Part shown: one piece after another, positions 41,191-51,194 of the stretch | Numbering within the stretch: the stretch's first letter is position 1 | How the letters are laid out: every line of letters starts with the position of its first letter | Source of the DNA: a virus | IMG/VR virus record: IMGVR_UViG_3300017963_000230 | Span: 1-64,000 of that record | Direction: 5' to 3' (one strand) | DNA: 64,000 bases | Translations under genes and position numbers: made by a program | Notes under the pieces: generated by a model | What the model saw: the letters and a program-made list of their open reading frames with translations, nothing else | Told to the model about the DNA's origin: nothing | The model's database searches: none

Positions 41191-44100
41191 ACTAACTCAC
41201 CTACTTTCATCTTAACATCAACTTCCCATTTATTGTTAAGATTAGTCTGTATGCGAAAAGTGATTAGATAAGGATCTAAGTCTGGATCCCCGCTAACCAC
41301 TCTTTGACAGTATTTGTAAACATCTACCACATAGGGACTGCCTGACAATATATCAGTAACAGCATTGCCGTCCTTATCCTTAGCAGTTACGGTAGAGTTA
41401 TTGGTGTCTATAGTTTCTCCACTCTCGAGTACATCCTCAAAGTCACCATATGGCACGAAGGACTCCCAAGGTTGCTTGAAAAAGTTCTTTACTTTTGGTG
41501 TGCTGCCCACCTCAATCACCTCCTTAAATCCTAATGTTACAACATCTCTTTTATATCCTAACGTGACCTCGTCACGGGTAAATCCAATGTGGGGCTCCTC
41601 AGAGGGAGGGTATGTAGTCGTAGTGGTACTGTAAGTACTAGAAGTAGATGTGCTGGTACTTGTGGTTGAATAGGTGCTGGTTGTACTGAAGGTGCTGGTA
41701 GAAGTACTAGAAGTTGTTCCTGTTCCAGTAGTGCTCGTTGTGCTGAGAGTACTAGTGGTACTGAAGGTGCTTGTGCTTGTGCTTGTGCTGGTACTGGTAC
41801 TGGTTGTCGAGTAGGTACTTGTGCTGGTTGTCGAGTAGGTACTTGTGCTGGTACTGGTGCTGGTGCTTGTGCTTGTACTGGTGGTACTAAAGGTGGATGT
41901 GCTGGTACTTGTGGTAGAGTATGTGCTGGTGCTTGTACTGGTGCTTGTACTAGTAGTAGAGTAGGTACTGGTACTGGTACTGGTACTGGTGCTTGTGCTT
42001 GTACTGGTGGTCGAATAGGTGCTTGTGCTTGTGCTGGTTGTTGAGTATGTGCTGGTACTTGTGCTGGTACTGGTACTTGTGGTTGAATATGTACTAGTGC
42101 TGGTACTGGTACTTGTGGTTGAGTAGGTGCTGGTACTGGTACTTGTGGTTGAGTATGTGCTAGTGCTTGTAGTAGAGTATGTGCTGGTACTTGTGGTTGA
42201 GTATGTGCTGGTACTTGTGGTTGAGTATGTGCTGGTACTTGTGGTAGAGTATGTGCTGGTGCTTGTACTGGTGGTACTAAAGGTGGATGTGCTGGTACTT
42301 GTGGTAGAGTATGTGCTGGTGCTGGTTGTGCTGAAGGTAGATGTGCTGGTGCTAGTTGTGCTGAAGGTGGATGTGCTGGTGCTAGTTGTGCTGAAGGTAG
42401 ATGTGCTGGTGCTGGTACTTGTACTGGTGGTTGAATAGGTTGAAGTACTAGTGCTGGTAGTTGAGTATGTACTGGTGCTTGTACTGGTGCTTGTACTTGT
42501 GGTTGAATATGTACTGGTAGAAGTACTGGTGCTTGTACTGGTGGTTGAATAGGTTGAAGTACTAGTGCTGGTGGTTGAGTATGTGCTGGTACTTGTACTG
42601 GTACTGGTACTTGTGGTTGAGTATGTGCTGGTACTTGTACTGGTTGTAGAGTAAGTGCTTGTACTGGTACTGGTACTGGTACTGGTGGTTGAGTAGGTAC
42701 TGGTAGAAGTACTAGAACTGGTGCTAGTTGTGCTGAAGGTAGATGTGCTGGTGCTTGTAAAGGAAGTAGTGGTTGTAGAACTAGTGGTAGTTTCTCCTGG
42801 TTCTGTAGTCGTAGTGGTACTGAAGGTACTGGTAGTGCTATAAGTTGAGGTGCTGGTAGAAGTACTGGTGCTTGTGCTGGTTGTTGAATATGTACTAGTG
42901 CTGGTACTGGTGGTTGAGTATGTGCTGGTACTTGTGCTAGTAGATGTACTGGTTGTAGAGTAGGTGCTGGTACTTGTACTTGTGGTTGAGTATGTGCTGG
43001 TACTTGTACTGGTACTGGTACTTGTGGTTGAGTATGTGCTGGTGCTGGTGCTGGTGCTGGTGCTGGTTGTCGAGTATGTACTGGTAGAAGTACTGGTAGT
43101 TGAGTATGTGCTGGTGCTTGTGCTGGTACTTGTACTTGTGGTTGAGTATGTGCTGGTGCTTGTACTTGTGGTTGAGTATGTGCTGGTAGAAGTACTGGTG
43201 CTGGTACTTGTAGTAGAGTATGTGCTGGTGCTTGTACTAGTAGATGTGCTGGTTGTTGAGTAGGTGCTGGTGCTTGTAGTAGAGTAGGTGCTGGTTGTTG
43301 AGTAGGTGCTGGTAGAAGTACTGGTGCTGGTACTTGTAGTAGAGTATGTGCTGGTGCTTGTACTAGTAGATGTGCTGGTTGTTGAGTAGGTGCTGGTAGA
43401 AGTACTGGTACTGGTGCTTGTGGTTGAATAGGTACTGGTACTTGTACTGGTACTGGTACTTGTGGTTGAATAGGTTGAAGTGCTTGTACTAGTAGATGTG
43501 CTGGTGGTTGAATATGTACTAGTGCTTGTACTTGTGGTTGAGTATGTGCTGGTGCTTGTGCTGGTACTGGTACTTGTGGTAGAGTAGGTACTGGTACTGG
43601 TACTTGTGGTTGAGTATGTGCTGGTGCTTGTGCTGGTAGTTGAGTATGTGCTGGTGCTGGTGCTTGTAAAGGAAGTAGTAGTTGTGGAACTGGTGGTAGT
43701 TTCTCCTGGTTCTGTAGTTGTAGTGGTACTGAAGGTACTAGTTGTACTGAAAGTGCTGGTGCTTGTGCTTGTGCTGGTACTGGTACTTGTAGTAGAGTAT
43801 GTGCTGGTGCTGGTACTTGTAGTAGAGTATGTGCTGGTACTTGTGCTGGTACTGGTACTTGTGGTTGAGTATGTGCTGGTGCTTGTGCTGGTTGTTGAGT
43901 ATGTGCTGGTAGAAGTGCTGGTTGTTGAGTATGTGCTGGTAGAAGTGCTGGTACTGCTACTTGTGGTTGAATATGTACTAGTACTTGTACTTGTGGTAGA
44001 GTATGTGCTGGTGCTTGTACTGGTACTGGTACTTGTGGTTGAGTATGTGCTGGTGCTGGTGCTGGTTGTTGAGTATGTACTGGTGCTGGTGCTTGTACTG

Positions 44101-46142
44101 GTACTTGTGGTTGAATAGGTGCTGGTGCTGGTGCTGGTTGTTGAGTATGTACTGGTGCTGGTGCTTGTACTGGTACTGGTTGTTGAGTATGTGCTGGTAG
44201 AAGTGCTGGTTGTTGAGTATGTACTGGTGCTGGTACTGGTACTGGTACTTGTAGTTGAGTATGTGCTGGTACTGCTACTTGTGGTAGAGTATGTGCTGGT
44301 ACTAGTGCTTGTGGTAGAGTATGTGCTGGTGCTTGTGGTTGAATAGGTACTGGTGCTTGTGCTGGTACTGGTACTTGTAGTTGAGTATGTGCTGGTAGAA
44401 GTACTGGTACTGGTGCTTGTGGTTGAATAGGTACTGGTGCTTGTGCTGGTACTGGTACTTGTAGTAGAGTATGTGCTGGTACTGGTGCTTGTGCTGGTAC
44501 TGGTTGTTGAGTATGTGCTGGTGCTTGTGCTGGTACTTGTACTTGTGGTTGAGTATGTGCTGGTGCTTGTGCTAGTGCTGGTACTTGTGGTTGAATATGT
44601 ACTAGTGCTGGTGCTGGTGGTTGAGTATGTGCTGGTGCTTGTGCTGGTTGTTGAGTATGTGCTGGTACTTGTGCTGGTACTGGTACTTGTGGTTGAATAT
44701 GTACTAGTGCTGGTACTGGTACTTGTGGTTGAATAGGTTGAAGTACTTGTGCTAGTAGATGTGCTAGTGGTTGAATAGGTTGAAGTACTTGTGCTTGTTC
44801 TGGTACTTGTACTGGTAGTTGAATAGGAACTGGTACTTGTACTGGTACTGGTACTTGTGGTTGAGTATGTGCTGGTACTGGTGCTTGTACTGGTACTTGT
44901 ACTGGTAGTTGAATAGGTACTGGTAGAAGTGCTGGTGCTTGTACTGGTGGTTGAATAGGTTGAAGTGCTTGTACTGGTACTGGTGCTGGTTGTACTTAAG
45001 GTGCTAGTGCTGGTACTTGTTTGAGTGCTAGTACTGGTGGTAGAATAGGTACTAGTAGAAGTACTGGTGGTAGAATAGGTGCTGGTAGTTGAATAGGTGC
45101 TGGTACTTGTACTGGTGGTAGAATAGGTGCTGGTTGTTGAGTAGGTGCTGGTACTTGTACTGGTCGTAGTAAAAGTAGTGGTAGTGGTAGTGGTAGTAGC
45201 AGCCTCCCCTTCACACTCTAATAGGAACTCCAAAGTTTCTGAGGCTGTAAGTTCATCATCAGTGGTTATTAATATTTCACCACCAGGCAACCATACTAGT
45301 TGATAATTATTAGTACCTCCATACTGTTGTATATTACAAGTAGAAGGAGGTTCGGTAGTTGTAGTACTAGTTGTACTAAAGGTAGTGGTTGTACTGAAAG
45401 TGCTGGTGCTTGTGCTGGTAGTTGAGTAGGTGCTTGTACTGGTGCTTGTGGTAGAATAGGTGCTGGTACTTGTACTTGTTTGAGTGCTGGTACTTGTACT
45501 TGTTTGAGTGCTTGTACTGGTACTTGTGGTTGAATAGGTGCTGGTACTTGTAGTACTAAAGGTGGTAGTGGTAGTACTCGTGGTAGTGGTAGGCGAGGAA
45601 ATCGTGATCGTGGGCGTCTCGTCAAATGTCGATAAATTCGGGTCTTTAACCCTAACCTGTATCAAACCACCATTGACAACGTTCACAGAATTAATCTGGA
45701 GGCAGACCTCCATCTCACAGAACTCATTTCCCCCGAAGTCGATGGTGTCAGCAATCGTGTCGTTGGTTGCGCCGTCACTCAGCTCACCGAAATCTCCGCT
45801 GGACGATGCACCTCCGTCATAAACCCGCTTGTTATTGTCAAGGTCGCCGTCAGTATAGTAGGTGGTAGTCGAGAAGGCTATTTCGACTGATGTGGTTGTT
45901 ACTTGAGTCCAAGAGCCATAGCTTGACCCCGTGCCGGTGGAATCGTAGCGGTATTCCAGTTCGAACATCGGGTTAGCTTCCGCCTTGTTGTTCGACTCCA
46001 CAACGGCAAAACGGATGCGGAAGTTCTCATCAGTATTCTGCGTCCAATCATTATTAAGCGAGGCTTTCGTGGTTGCGCTACCAGGAACGGCATCGTCTTT
46101 GTAGCCCTGAAAGTCCTCCTGTGTATAAATTGGATTTGTCAT
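41187..46142 (-). CDS. Giant mucin-like Ser/Thr-repeat protein (1651 aa) with globular N- and C-terminal domains
   Basis: Uninterrupted ORF, ATGA-coupled on both sides. About 180-aa N-terminal domain, more than 1300 aa of STSTSTYSTT-type repeats, about 140-aa C-terminal domain. Confidence 0.85.
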   Translation of the reverse strand: MTNPIYTQEDFQGYKDDAVPGSATTKASLNNDWTQNTDENFRIRFAVVESNNKAEANPMFELEYRYDSTGTGSSYGSWTQVTTTSVEIAFSTTTYYTDGDLDNNKRVYDGGASSSGDFGELSDGATNDTIADTIDFGGNEFCEMEVCLQINSVNVVNGGLIQVRVKDPNLSTFDETPTITISSPTTTTSTTTTTFSTTSTSTYSTTSTSTSTQTSTSTSTQTSTSTSTYSTTSTSTSTYSTTSTSTSTFSTTTTFSTTSTTTTEPPSTCNIQQYGGTNNYQLVWLPGGEILITTDDELTASETLEFLLECEGEAATTTTTTTTFTTTSTSTSTYSTTSTYSTTSTSTSTYSTTSTYSTTSTSTSTYSTTSTSTQTSTSTSTLSTTSTSTSTSTSTYSTTSTSTSTSTSTYSTTSTSTSTSTSTSTYSTTSTSTSTSTSSYSTTSTSTRTSTSTSTYSTTSTSTSTSTSTYSTTSTSTSTSTYSTTSTSTSTSTSTYSTTSTSTSTYSTTSTSTSTYSTTSTSTSTSTSTYSTTSTSTSTSTSTYSTTSTSTSTSTSTYSTTSTSTSTSTSTYSTTSTSTSTSTSTYSTTSTSTSTSTSTYSTTSTSTYSTTSTSTSTYSTTSSSTSTYSTTSTSTSTSTSTYSTTSTSTSTYSTTSTSTSTSTSTYSTTSTSTSTYSTTSTSTSTSTSTYSTTSTSTSTYSTTSTSTSTSTSTYSTTSTSTSTYSTTSSSTSTSTSTYSTTSTSTSTYSTTSTSTSTYSTTSTSTSTSTSTYSTTSTSTSTYSTTSTSTSTSTSTSTFSTTSTFSTTTTTEPGETTTSSTTTTSFTSTSTSTYSTTSTSTSTYSTTSTSTSTYSTTSTSTSTSTSTYSTTSTSTSTYSTTSTSTSTSTSTYSTTSTSTSTSTSTYSTTSTSTSTSTSTYSTTSTSTSTSTSTYSTTSTSTSTSTSTYSTTSTYSTTSTSTYSTTSTSTSTSTSTYSTTSTSTSTSTSTYSTTSTSTSTYSTTSTSTSTSTSTYSTTSTSTSTYSTTSTSTSTSTSTYSTTSTSTSTSTSTYSTTSTSTSTYSTTSTSTSTSTSTYSTTSTSTSTYSTTSTSTSTSTSTSTYSTTSTFSTTTTTEPGETTTSSTTTTSFTSTSTSTFSTTSTSSSTSTSTYSTTSTSTSTSTSTYSTTSTSTSTYSTTSTSTSTSTSTYSTTSTSTSTYSTTSTSTSTSTSTYSTTSTSTSTSTSTYSTTSTSTSTYSTTSTSTSTSTSTFSTTSTSTSTFSTTSTSTSTFSTTSTSTYSTTSTSTSTFSTTSTSTSTYSTTSTSTYSTTSTSTYSTTSTSTYSTTSTSTYSTTSTSTSTYSTTSTSTSTSTYSTTSTSTSTSTSTYSTTSTSTSTYSTTSTSTSTSTSTSTSTYSTTSTSTSTSTSTYSTTSTSTSTFSTTSTSTSTSTSTSTSTYSTTSTSTYSTTSTSTSTSTSTSTFSTTSTLSTTSTTGTGTTSSTSTSTFSTTSTYSTTSTSTSTSSTYSTTTTTYPPSEEPHIGFTRDEVTLGYKRDVVTLGFKEVIEVGSTPKVKNFFKQPWESFVPYGDFEDVLESGETIDTNNSTVTAKDKDGNAVTDILSGSPYVVDVYKYCQRVVSGDPDLDPYLITFRIQTNLNNKWEVDVKMKVGELV
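41612..45595. repeat. Ser/Thr-coding low-complexity repeat tract with a ~909-bp super-repeat
   Basis: (a/g)gt(a/g)ct-type periodicity. The identical 24-mer ggtagtttctcctggttctgtagt occurs at 42786 and 43695. A non-repeat island lies at ~45199-45352. Confidence 0.9.
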
Positions 46143-46456
46143 TTAATGTACGGGTCTTTCCTTGCCGTATCGAATATTTTTTGCCATTGTTTAGAGGGTA
46201 TGGTGCGCCCCGCCTTCACGATTATTTCTCCCTTATAATGTGCCATGTAGTCAATTAAACCTATCATGTCCACACCCACCCAGAAGCCGTCTTGGAAAAT
46301 ATACCAGTCGCTACCGTTCTGGTGATATTTTCTCTCGGTGTGCAAATCATACTGAATAATGTCTTGCACGTCCCAGAACGGTGCCTCCCTAGGGGAGCCC
46401 TGTTCGTCGTTAAAGCTACTGTCGGTGTAATATATTTTCCATTTTCCTTTGCTCAT
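46139..46456 (-). CDS. Hypothetical protein
   Basis: 105 aa, ATGA-coupled to both neighbours. Confidence 0.7.
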   Translation of the reverse strand: MSKGKWKIYYTDSSFNDEQGSPREAPFWDVQDIIQYDLHTERKYHQNGSDWYIFQDGFWVGVDMIGLIDYMAHYKGEIIVKAGRTIPSKQWQKIFDTARKDPYIK

Positions 46457-49400
46457 TGTAAGTCCACCAGCGGCACATGCAGCGGCTTGCCAAATGCCGT
46501 CCAGATTTGTGGTGTAAATCTGTCCTTGGTTATATAAAAAGCCCCGATCAGACAGTCAGCAGAATTTGCTCCACTTTCATCTGCACCCAGATACATTGTT
46601 CCTGTCGTCTTTGACCAACTTCCACCTGAATCTTCATGATCTAATAAGATTCCATTTACATAGAAATCTATATAATCTGAATCATCCCAAGCAAGTTCAA
46701 CCCAGTACCATACTCCTGCTGTTGGCGTTAATGTGCTTGCCAAATATCTTGTTACTCCATCAGATTGCCAGATAGCATAGAAATAACTGCTCGCACTTAT
46801 ATACAAATCTATATAATCTGTTGCATCTCCAAACCCTAAAAAGTACTTGGATGCTGTGACAGTCTGAAAATTAACCCACATACCTATTCGCCCATAGCTG
46901 CCATCAAAATTATTTGCATCTATTGAAAATGAAGCTGAGTGGCTCCCCTCTGCCGTAGTGTCAAAACTTTTTGTTCCAATAATCTTATCGGCGGTTGTCA
47001 GCACACCTGACCCATTCAGGGTGACTGTATAATTCGTGCCGAGGTTTGCACCACCCTTGGCTGCCCCCGCCCCTGATGCCTGACAATCCCAGAAAAAAGT
47101 CAAATCAGCATGTGGGTTGTTAATGTCTGCCAACAGCCCTTCGCCGTTGCCGATGAAGTAGGCACCGAAGGGCAGCAGACACTCACTAAAGGTTTTGACA
47201 TCGTCAATGATTATATCAGCAGGATAAGTACGATTTATTCTTGAACCAATCTCGAAATTTACAGGATCGCCTGATCCAGCTGTTCCAGTATTAATTTTAC
47301 TTGCTGCACATACCCCATCATAAAAAATAAACCACTCATGCCTTAAAAGATCCCATGAAAATAAAATCACATGACATCTTTTAAGACTATAATTATCATA
47401 AGTTTGTGGTGCTGAACCTTGCCAAATAGCTGATCCTCCAACGGAACCACCTGTATTCCAATTATCAGGCGTTGGATTATAAATGCATGTAAAATAATCA
47501 TCGCTACTTATGTAGAGTTCAAAAAGACCTTGTCCATCAACTGTATCATAATCAAATTGGGGTAAAAGTTTTATCATAAGTGACCCACGACAAAAAAACG
47601 CATTATCATGTACAGTCCCGCTTCCAAATGTCATTTCAATATGTCCAGCACCGTCCTGAGTATCCAAATTCCTACCCCTGCCAAACACCTGAACAGAATC
47701 TCCACTTGTGTTGGTATTCCTGTCACTTCCATCTGAAATGTTGCTCCAAGTGCCATCTGCATTGTTTGCAGTTTGATCTGTAAGAGTGGGGCTTGCGGCG
47801 TTCTCATCACATTTTAAATGGCACAGCAAAATATCTGTCGGGCTTGCCACGGTTCCATACTGAAAAGGCCAATCATGAATTGCAAATGCAGGGCGTATGC
47901 GGGTTGTATCTAAAGTCAATTTAACTGCATCGTTTGTATCCACCTCATAATGGTGTGCTCCATCTGAATGCAGGGTGCCGCTTGAAATCCTTGCCGGTAA
48001 AATCATGTCGGTGACATCATCACCTTTGCTTGGGCTTTGATCCAAGATGGCGTCTTTATATTGATCACCCATTGCAAGGCGGTCAGTGGAGTCATAGATT
48101 TTTGTGGAGCCTTCGCGGTCTTCTGTATCAAATATCCAAACATTTACAATCTCATGTGTACCTGGCTCAATAGTGCAGTTATCCCACCCTATTCGATATT
48201 GCCTTGTACTACTATGATATTGGCTTAAACTGCCTCCTGTTGATGATTCCGATAAGTTAATTAAAATATGATCCAGCTCATCAGCATCAATTCCAACATA
48301 GTCAGCACTCCCATGCTCTCCTGTACCTGTTGATTCAGAGCCACCATTTTCATAAATTGCTGTATCGTTCGTTAAAACTCCACTTCCTATATAATTCATA
48401 GGGAAGCCATTTTGACCATTGCTATCAATACTAATATTTCCACCAGAAGTTATCCATTTACTGTGCTGCACAATACGGTCTGAATAAATATAAAGATAAA
48501 TTTCAATGGAATCTGAATTGGTCAATACAGTAGGAGTTGAATTATAAAAGTTTCCTCTAAATCTCAAAACTACCCTGTTTGCATTTGATTCAATTATTTC
48601 TATAATTGAATTTGGGTCGTATCCTAAATTGTAGACACCTGAAGAAACAACGACTTGAGCGGGATAATAATAATTCCATGTAGTCGCACTATTGTTGTCA
48701 CAATTTAAACCACCAGTTTCTGTCGGATCAAATAATATACTAAATCCATCACAATAAACTGTTACTGTGCTGCCGGATTCTTCGATTGACAAATACGGAT
48801 CAACCACAAGCCCCACGCCTTGCTCATAGCGTTCAAGTGGAGTCCTTGCGTCTGCAACGTCTATTTGTTTTCCATCCGGCTCAAATGTCCACCAATGCTG
48901 AGTCCATCCTGGTTCTGGGTCTCCCTGTGATCCATGATTGACATTGCCCTCATAGTCTGAAACAGAAAACCACAAGCCTTTATGAACAACAGGAAACAAT
49001 GGATCAGATTCATCAACCCATCGCAAAGCTGAATCCTTAACCCTACATTGCCAACGGATTCGGGCATTGAAACCTGGCGTGTCCAGATAAAACGATAGCT
49101 TGGTGTTTTTAAAAGCCCAGTGAACATCCATGCCGAAAACCGCATCAGTTATACCAAGTGCCGGAATGTCTTTGACTACATAACACCTGAAAAATGGAGT
49201 CACTGGAACCGTACCTTCGTCTGTTTCAATCTCAGTTATCTTCTGCACGTTGGAATCAGCAAAAGAAAACAACTGCCCTTGCCAGTTGTTGGGTGATATT
49301 TCTACCTGCCCTTCAAGCTGGGCTTCAGCTACAAGGTTACCTTTCCAATAAATCTGAATCGTGTTCGACAGGACCACGATGTCGGCAGTCCCATCGAACA

Positions 49401-49542
49401 CCTTTTTGCGGAAAGCCTTGGCGGGTGCATAGTCTGTGACTTCTTGATTTACATCTTTGTAAATCGGATCACCCTGTTCATCGACTCCACTTTGCAGAAA
49501 ATAATCCTGAGGGTTTTGTTCTTCTGATTTTACAAGTCTCAT
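46453..49542 (-). CDS. Large fibre/adhesin-like protein with two LamG/ConA-like lectin-fold regions
   Basis: C-terminal YFLGFGDATDYIDLYISASSYFYAIWQSDG...WYWVELAWDD...FYVNG, plus an earlier FELYISSDDYFTCIYNP...HVILFSWD...IFYDG pattern. Visibly higher G+C than the glycan island. Confidence 0.6.
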   Translation of the reverse strand: MRLVKSEEQNPQDYFLQSGVDEQGDPIYKDVNQEVTDYAPAKAFRKKVFDGTADIVVLSNTIQIYWKGNLVAEAQLEGQVEISPNNWQGQLFSFADSNVQKITEIETDEGTVPVTPFFRCYVVKDIPALGITDAVFGMDVHWAFKNTKLSFYLDTPGFNARIRWQCRVKDSALRWVDESDPLFPVVHKGLWFSVSDYEGNVNHGSQGDPEPGWTQHWWTFEPDGKQIDVADARTPLERYEQGVGLVVDPYLSIEESGSTVTVYCDGFSILFDPTETGGLNCDNNSATTWNYYYPAQVVVSSGVYNLGYDPNSIIEIIESNANRVVLRFRGNFYNSTPTVLTNSDSIEIYLYIYSDRIVQHSKWITSGGNISIDSNGQNGFPMNYIGSGVLTNDTAIYENGGSESTGTGEHGSADYVGIDADELDHILINLSESSTGGSLSQYHSSTRQYRIGWDNCTIEPGTHEIVNVWIFDTEDREGSTKIYDSTDRLAMGDQYKDAILDQSPSKGDDVTDMILPARISSGTLHSDGAHHYEVDTNDAVKLTLDTTRIRPAFAIHDWPFQYGTVASPTDILLCHLKCDENAASPTLTDQTANNADGTWSNISDGSDRNTNTSGDSVQVFGRGRNLDTQDGAGHIEMTFGSGTVHDNAFFCRGSLMIKLLPQFDYDTVDGQGLFELYISSDDYFTCIYNPTPDNWNTGGSVGGSAIWQGSAPQTYDNYSLKRCHVILFSWDLLRHEWFIFYDGVCAASKINTGTAGSGDPVNFEIGSRINRTYPADIIIDDVKTFSECLLPFGAYFIGNGEGLLADINNPHADLTFFWDCQASGAGAAKGGANLGTNYTVTLNGSGVLTTADKIIGTKSFDTTAEGSHSASFSIDANNFDGSYGRIGMWVNFQTVTASKYFLGFGDATDYIDLYISASSYFYAIWQSDGVTRYLASTLTPTAGVWYWVELAWDDSDYIDFYVNGILLDHEDSGGSWSKTTGTMYLGADESGANSADCLIGAFYITKDRFTPQIWTAFGKPLHVPLVDLQ

Positions 49543-49591
49543 TTAATCACCGTATTGATAAAACAACTGGAACTTTCTATAAGCTCTTTTG

Positions 49592-50020
49592 TTACCTCAA
49601 GTTCTTCGGCTTGCCCGGTGGAACGTGATGCACGATACCGAAAGGGTTTGGCGTATATTCCCCATTAGTATCCGACCAGTTAACCTCACTCTCTTCTAAT
49701 AAAGTTCCTTCTGAATCAAACCTAACAGCACTAACACCTACTAAATAGCGACCTTCGGTATTCAAAGTAATAACATATTGTAAATCAACAATAGGTGTAG
49801 TAGTGAGCAAAGAAGGATTCTCTTTGTTAGGATCGGTCTTAAAATTAGCCAGGTAGACATTGTACTTAATTACATCTCCAGCAGGTATTACTGTACCATC
49901 CTCCAAGGTAGTTACAGCATCCCAGGCAACAGTTGCCTGGTTGGTTTTTTGCCAATCTAATGCGTAAGCACTAAAAATAATTACCAATGACAGAATTACT
50001 ACATAAATAGATTTTTTCAT
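49592..50020 (-). CDS. Secreted FN3-like domain protein
   Basis: MKKSIYVVILSLVIIFSAYA signal peptide. ATVAWDAV...IKYNVYL...YLVGVSAV beta-sandwich pattern. Confidence 0.5.
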   Translation of the reverse strand: MKKSIYVVILSLVIIFSAYALDWQKTNQATVAWDAVTTLEDGTVIPAGDVIKYNVYLANFKTDPNKENPSLLTTTPIVDLQYVITLNTEGRYLVGVSAVRFDSEGTLLEESEVNWSDTNGEYTPNPFGIVHHVPPGKPKNLR

Positions 50021-50244
50021 TTTTTACCTCCCTTGTTAAATCTTGACTCAATCACAAAGTCAAGCAAATAGATTAATTTACGTTTCTGATAATCTTCCAA
50101 TTCCTCATCCTGTTGTATCTTCACCCTTATTTTATAGAATAACTTTCTGGTCAGGCAGAAGCGTCTGGGGGCATCCACTTCTTTACCCAATCCTCTATAC
50201 TGACCTTTTGACGCCTTTGAATATGATCTCTGTGGCGGCGACAT
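50017..50244 (-). CDS. Hypothetical protein
   Basis: 4-nt overlap with the downstream gene, but a 94-nt overlap with the 3' end of the GT-A gene. Confidence 0.35.
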   Translation of the reverse strand: MSPPQRSYSKASKGQYRGLGKEVDAPRRFCLTRKLFYKIRVKIQQDEELEDYQKRKLIYLLDFVIESRFNKGGKK

Positions 50245-51167
50245 TTCAGGTCTACATTCCTATAAATAGAGTGAAGAACTTCAGGTTTCCCCTTGAGACC
50301 CCCATTAATAGCTTTGAGTGCATAATCCCTTCCTCCATAAAGGTAACAAGCGATGAGCTTATTGCGTACATAGTCATCATAAAGGTAATGATAGCTTCTC
50401 CTTTCACCATGATGGAAACAAGTACCATTAGGATAGATCCATTTATTCATTCCCAAAACGGATAGGGTAAAATTAAAAAAGTTCTCACCTCCTCCATATA
50501 TACCAAGCTCAGGAGACCAACCTCCTAATGCTTCATATACTTTTCTTGATACGAGTACTCCACAACAACTCATGCAGGGAACCTCAAAAGGATCTCCTTT
50601 GTCTACACGACAGGGTGTGAATTTGTAGTCAAGTAACCCATGTTCAAACCACTCAACATTAAGTTTGTATATCAACCTACGAGATTCTAATATTTTATAA
50701 GTGAGTGGTAAGTGCATTGATCCGTTTATCTTTTCCTCATTCTGCTTATAGTACTGGAGCATACCATAAAGGCTGTCACGAGCAAGGATAACGTGTGAAT
50801 CCACAAAAAATAAATAATCACCAGTGCTGTGCTTAACACCCACCCTTTTGGCATTCCAATGGGACAGCCTTTCAGAATACTCTGCATGTTTCAACCATGG
50901 GTTCTGTTTCTGAGCTGTAGCTTTAATGGCTTCGGCTCCCTTATCCTCTTCCCAAGGTAGGTTCTGAGTCTTTCTTTGATTCACAAATTGATCACAATAA
51001 TTGTTTACTGCTACGATCTCGAAGTCTACCCTGTCACGCAGCTCTCCTGCGATGGATTGCAAAGTGAATATCAGCTGTGGATATTCATTTACATACGGTA
51101 TAATTACTGAAAGTTCTGCCATTTTATCGTATTCCTTTCTTCTCCTGCGAGATTGTCGTAAAGTCAT
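50151..51167 (-). CDS. GT-A glycosyltransferase with ppGalNAc-transferase-like motifs
   Basis: LSVIIPYVNE, YLFFVDSHV (DxH), GGWSPELGIYGGGENFFNFTLSVLG...CFHHGERR (compare WGGENLEISFRVWQCGG...VGHVFRK of animal GalNAc-Ts, recalled from memory). Confidence 0.6.
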   Translation of the reverse strand: MTLRQSRRRRKEYDKMAELSVIIPYVNEYPQLIFTLQSIAGELRDRVDFEIVAVNNYCDQFVNQRKTQNLPWEEDKGAEAIKATAQKQNPWLKHAEYSERLSHWNAKRVGVKHSTGDYLFFVDSHVILARDSLYGMLQYYKQNEEKINGSMHLPLTYKILESRRLIYKLNVEWFEHGLLDYKFTPCRVDKGDPFEVPCMSCCGVLVSRKVYEALGGWSPELGIYGGGENFFNFTLSVLGMNKWIYPNGTCFHHGERRSYHYLYDDYVRNKLIACYLYGGRDYALKAINGGLKGKPEVLHSIYRNVDLKCRRHRDHIQRRQKVSIEDWVKKWMPPDASA

Positions 51168-51194
51168 GTAATTACACGTTAAAATTGACGCTGA

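Noticed and set aside
42127-44736. Plus-strand ORFs translating to LVLVLVVEYV-type repeats (42127, 42964, 43606, 44003, 44119, 44437)
   Set aside because: They are the antisense reading of the Ser/Thr repeat. They have no SD or coupling, whereas the minus-strand 1651-aa frame is uninterrupted and ATGA-coupled to its neighbours.
41612-45595. Possibility that the long periodic tract is a CRISPR array or non-coding satellite
   Set aside because: It has no repeat-spacer alternation of 25-40-nt units. The 3-nt periodicity and an intact 4956-nt reading frame show that it is coding.
44996-45625. Minus-strand alternative-frame ORFs with PAPV/LPLP repeats (44996-45214, 45296-45625), and the similar 60218-60832
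   Set aside because: They are out-of-frame readings of the same low-complexity tract, nested inside the long ORFs.
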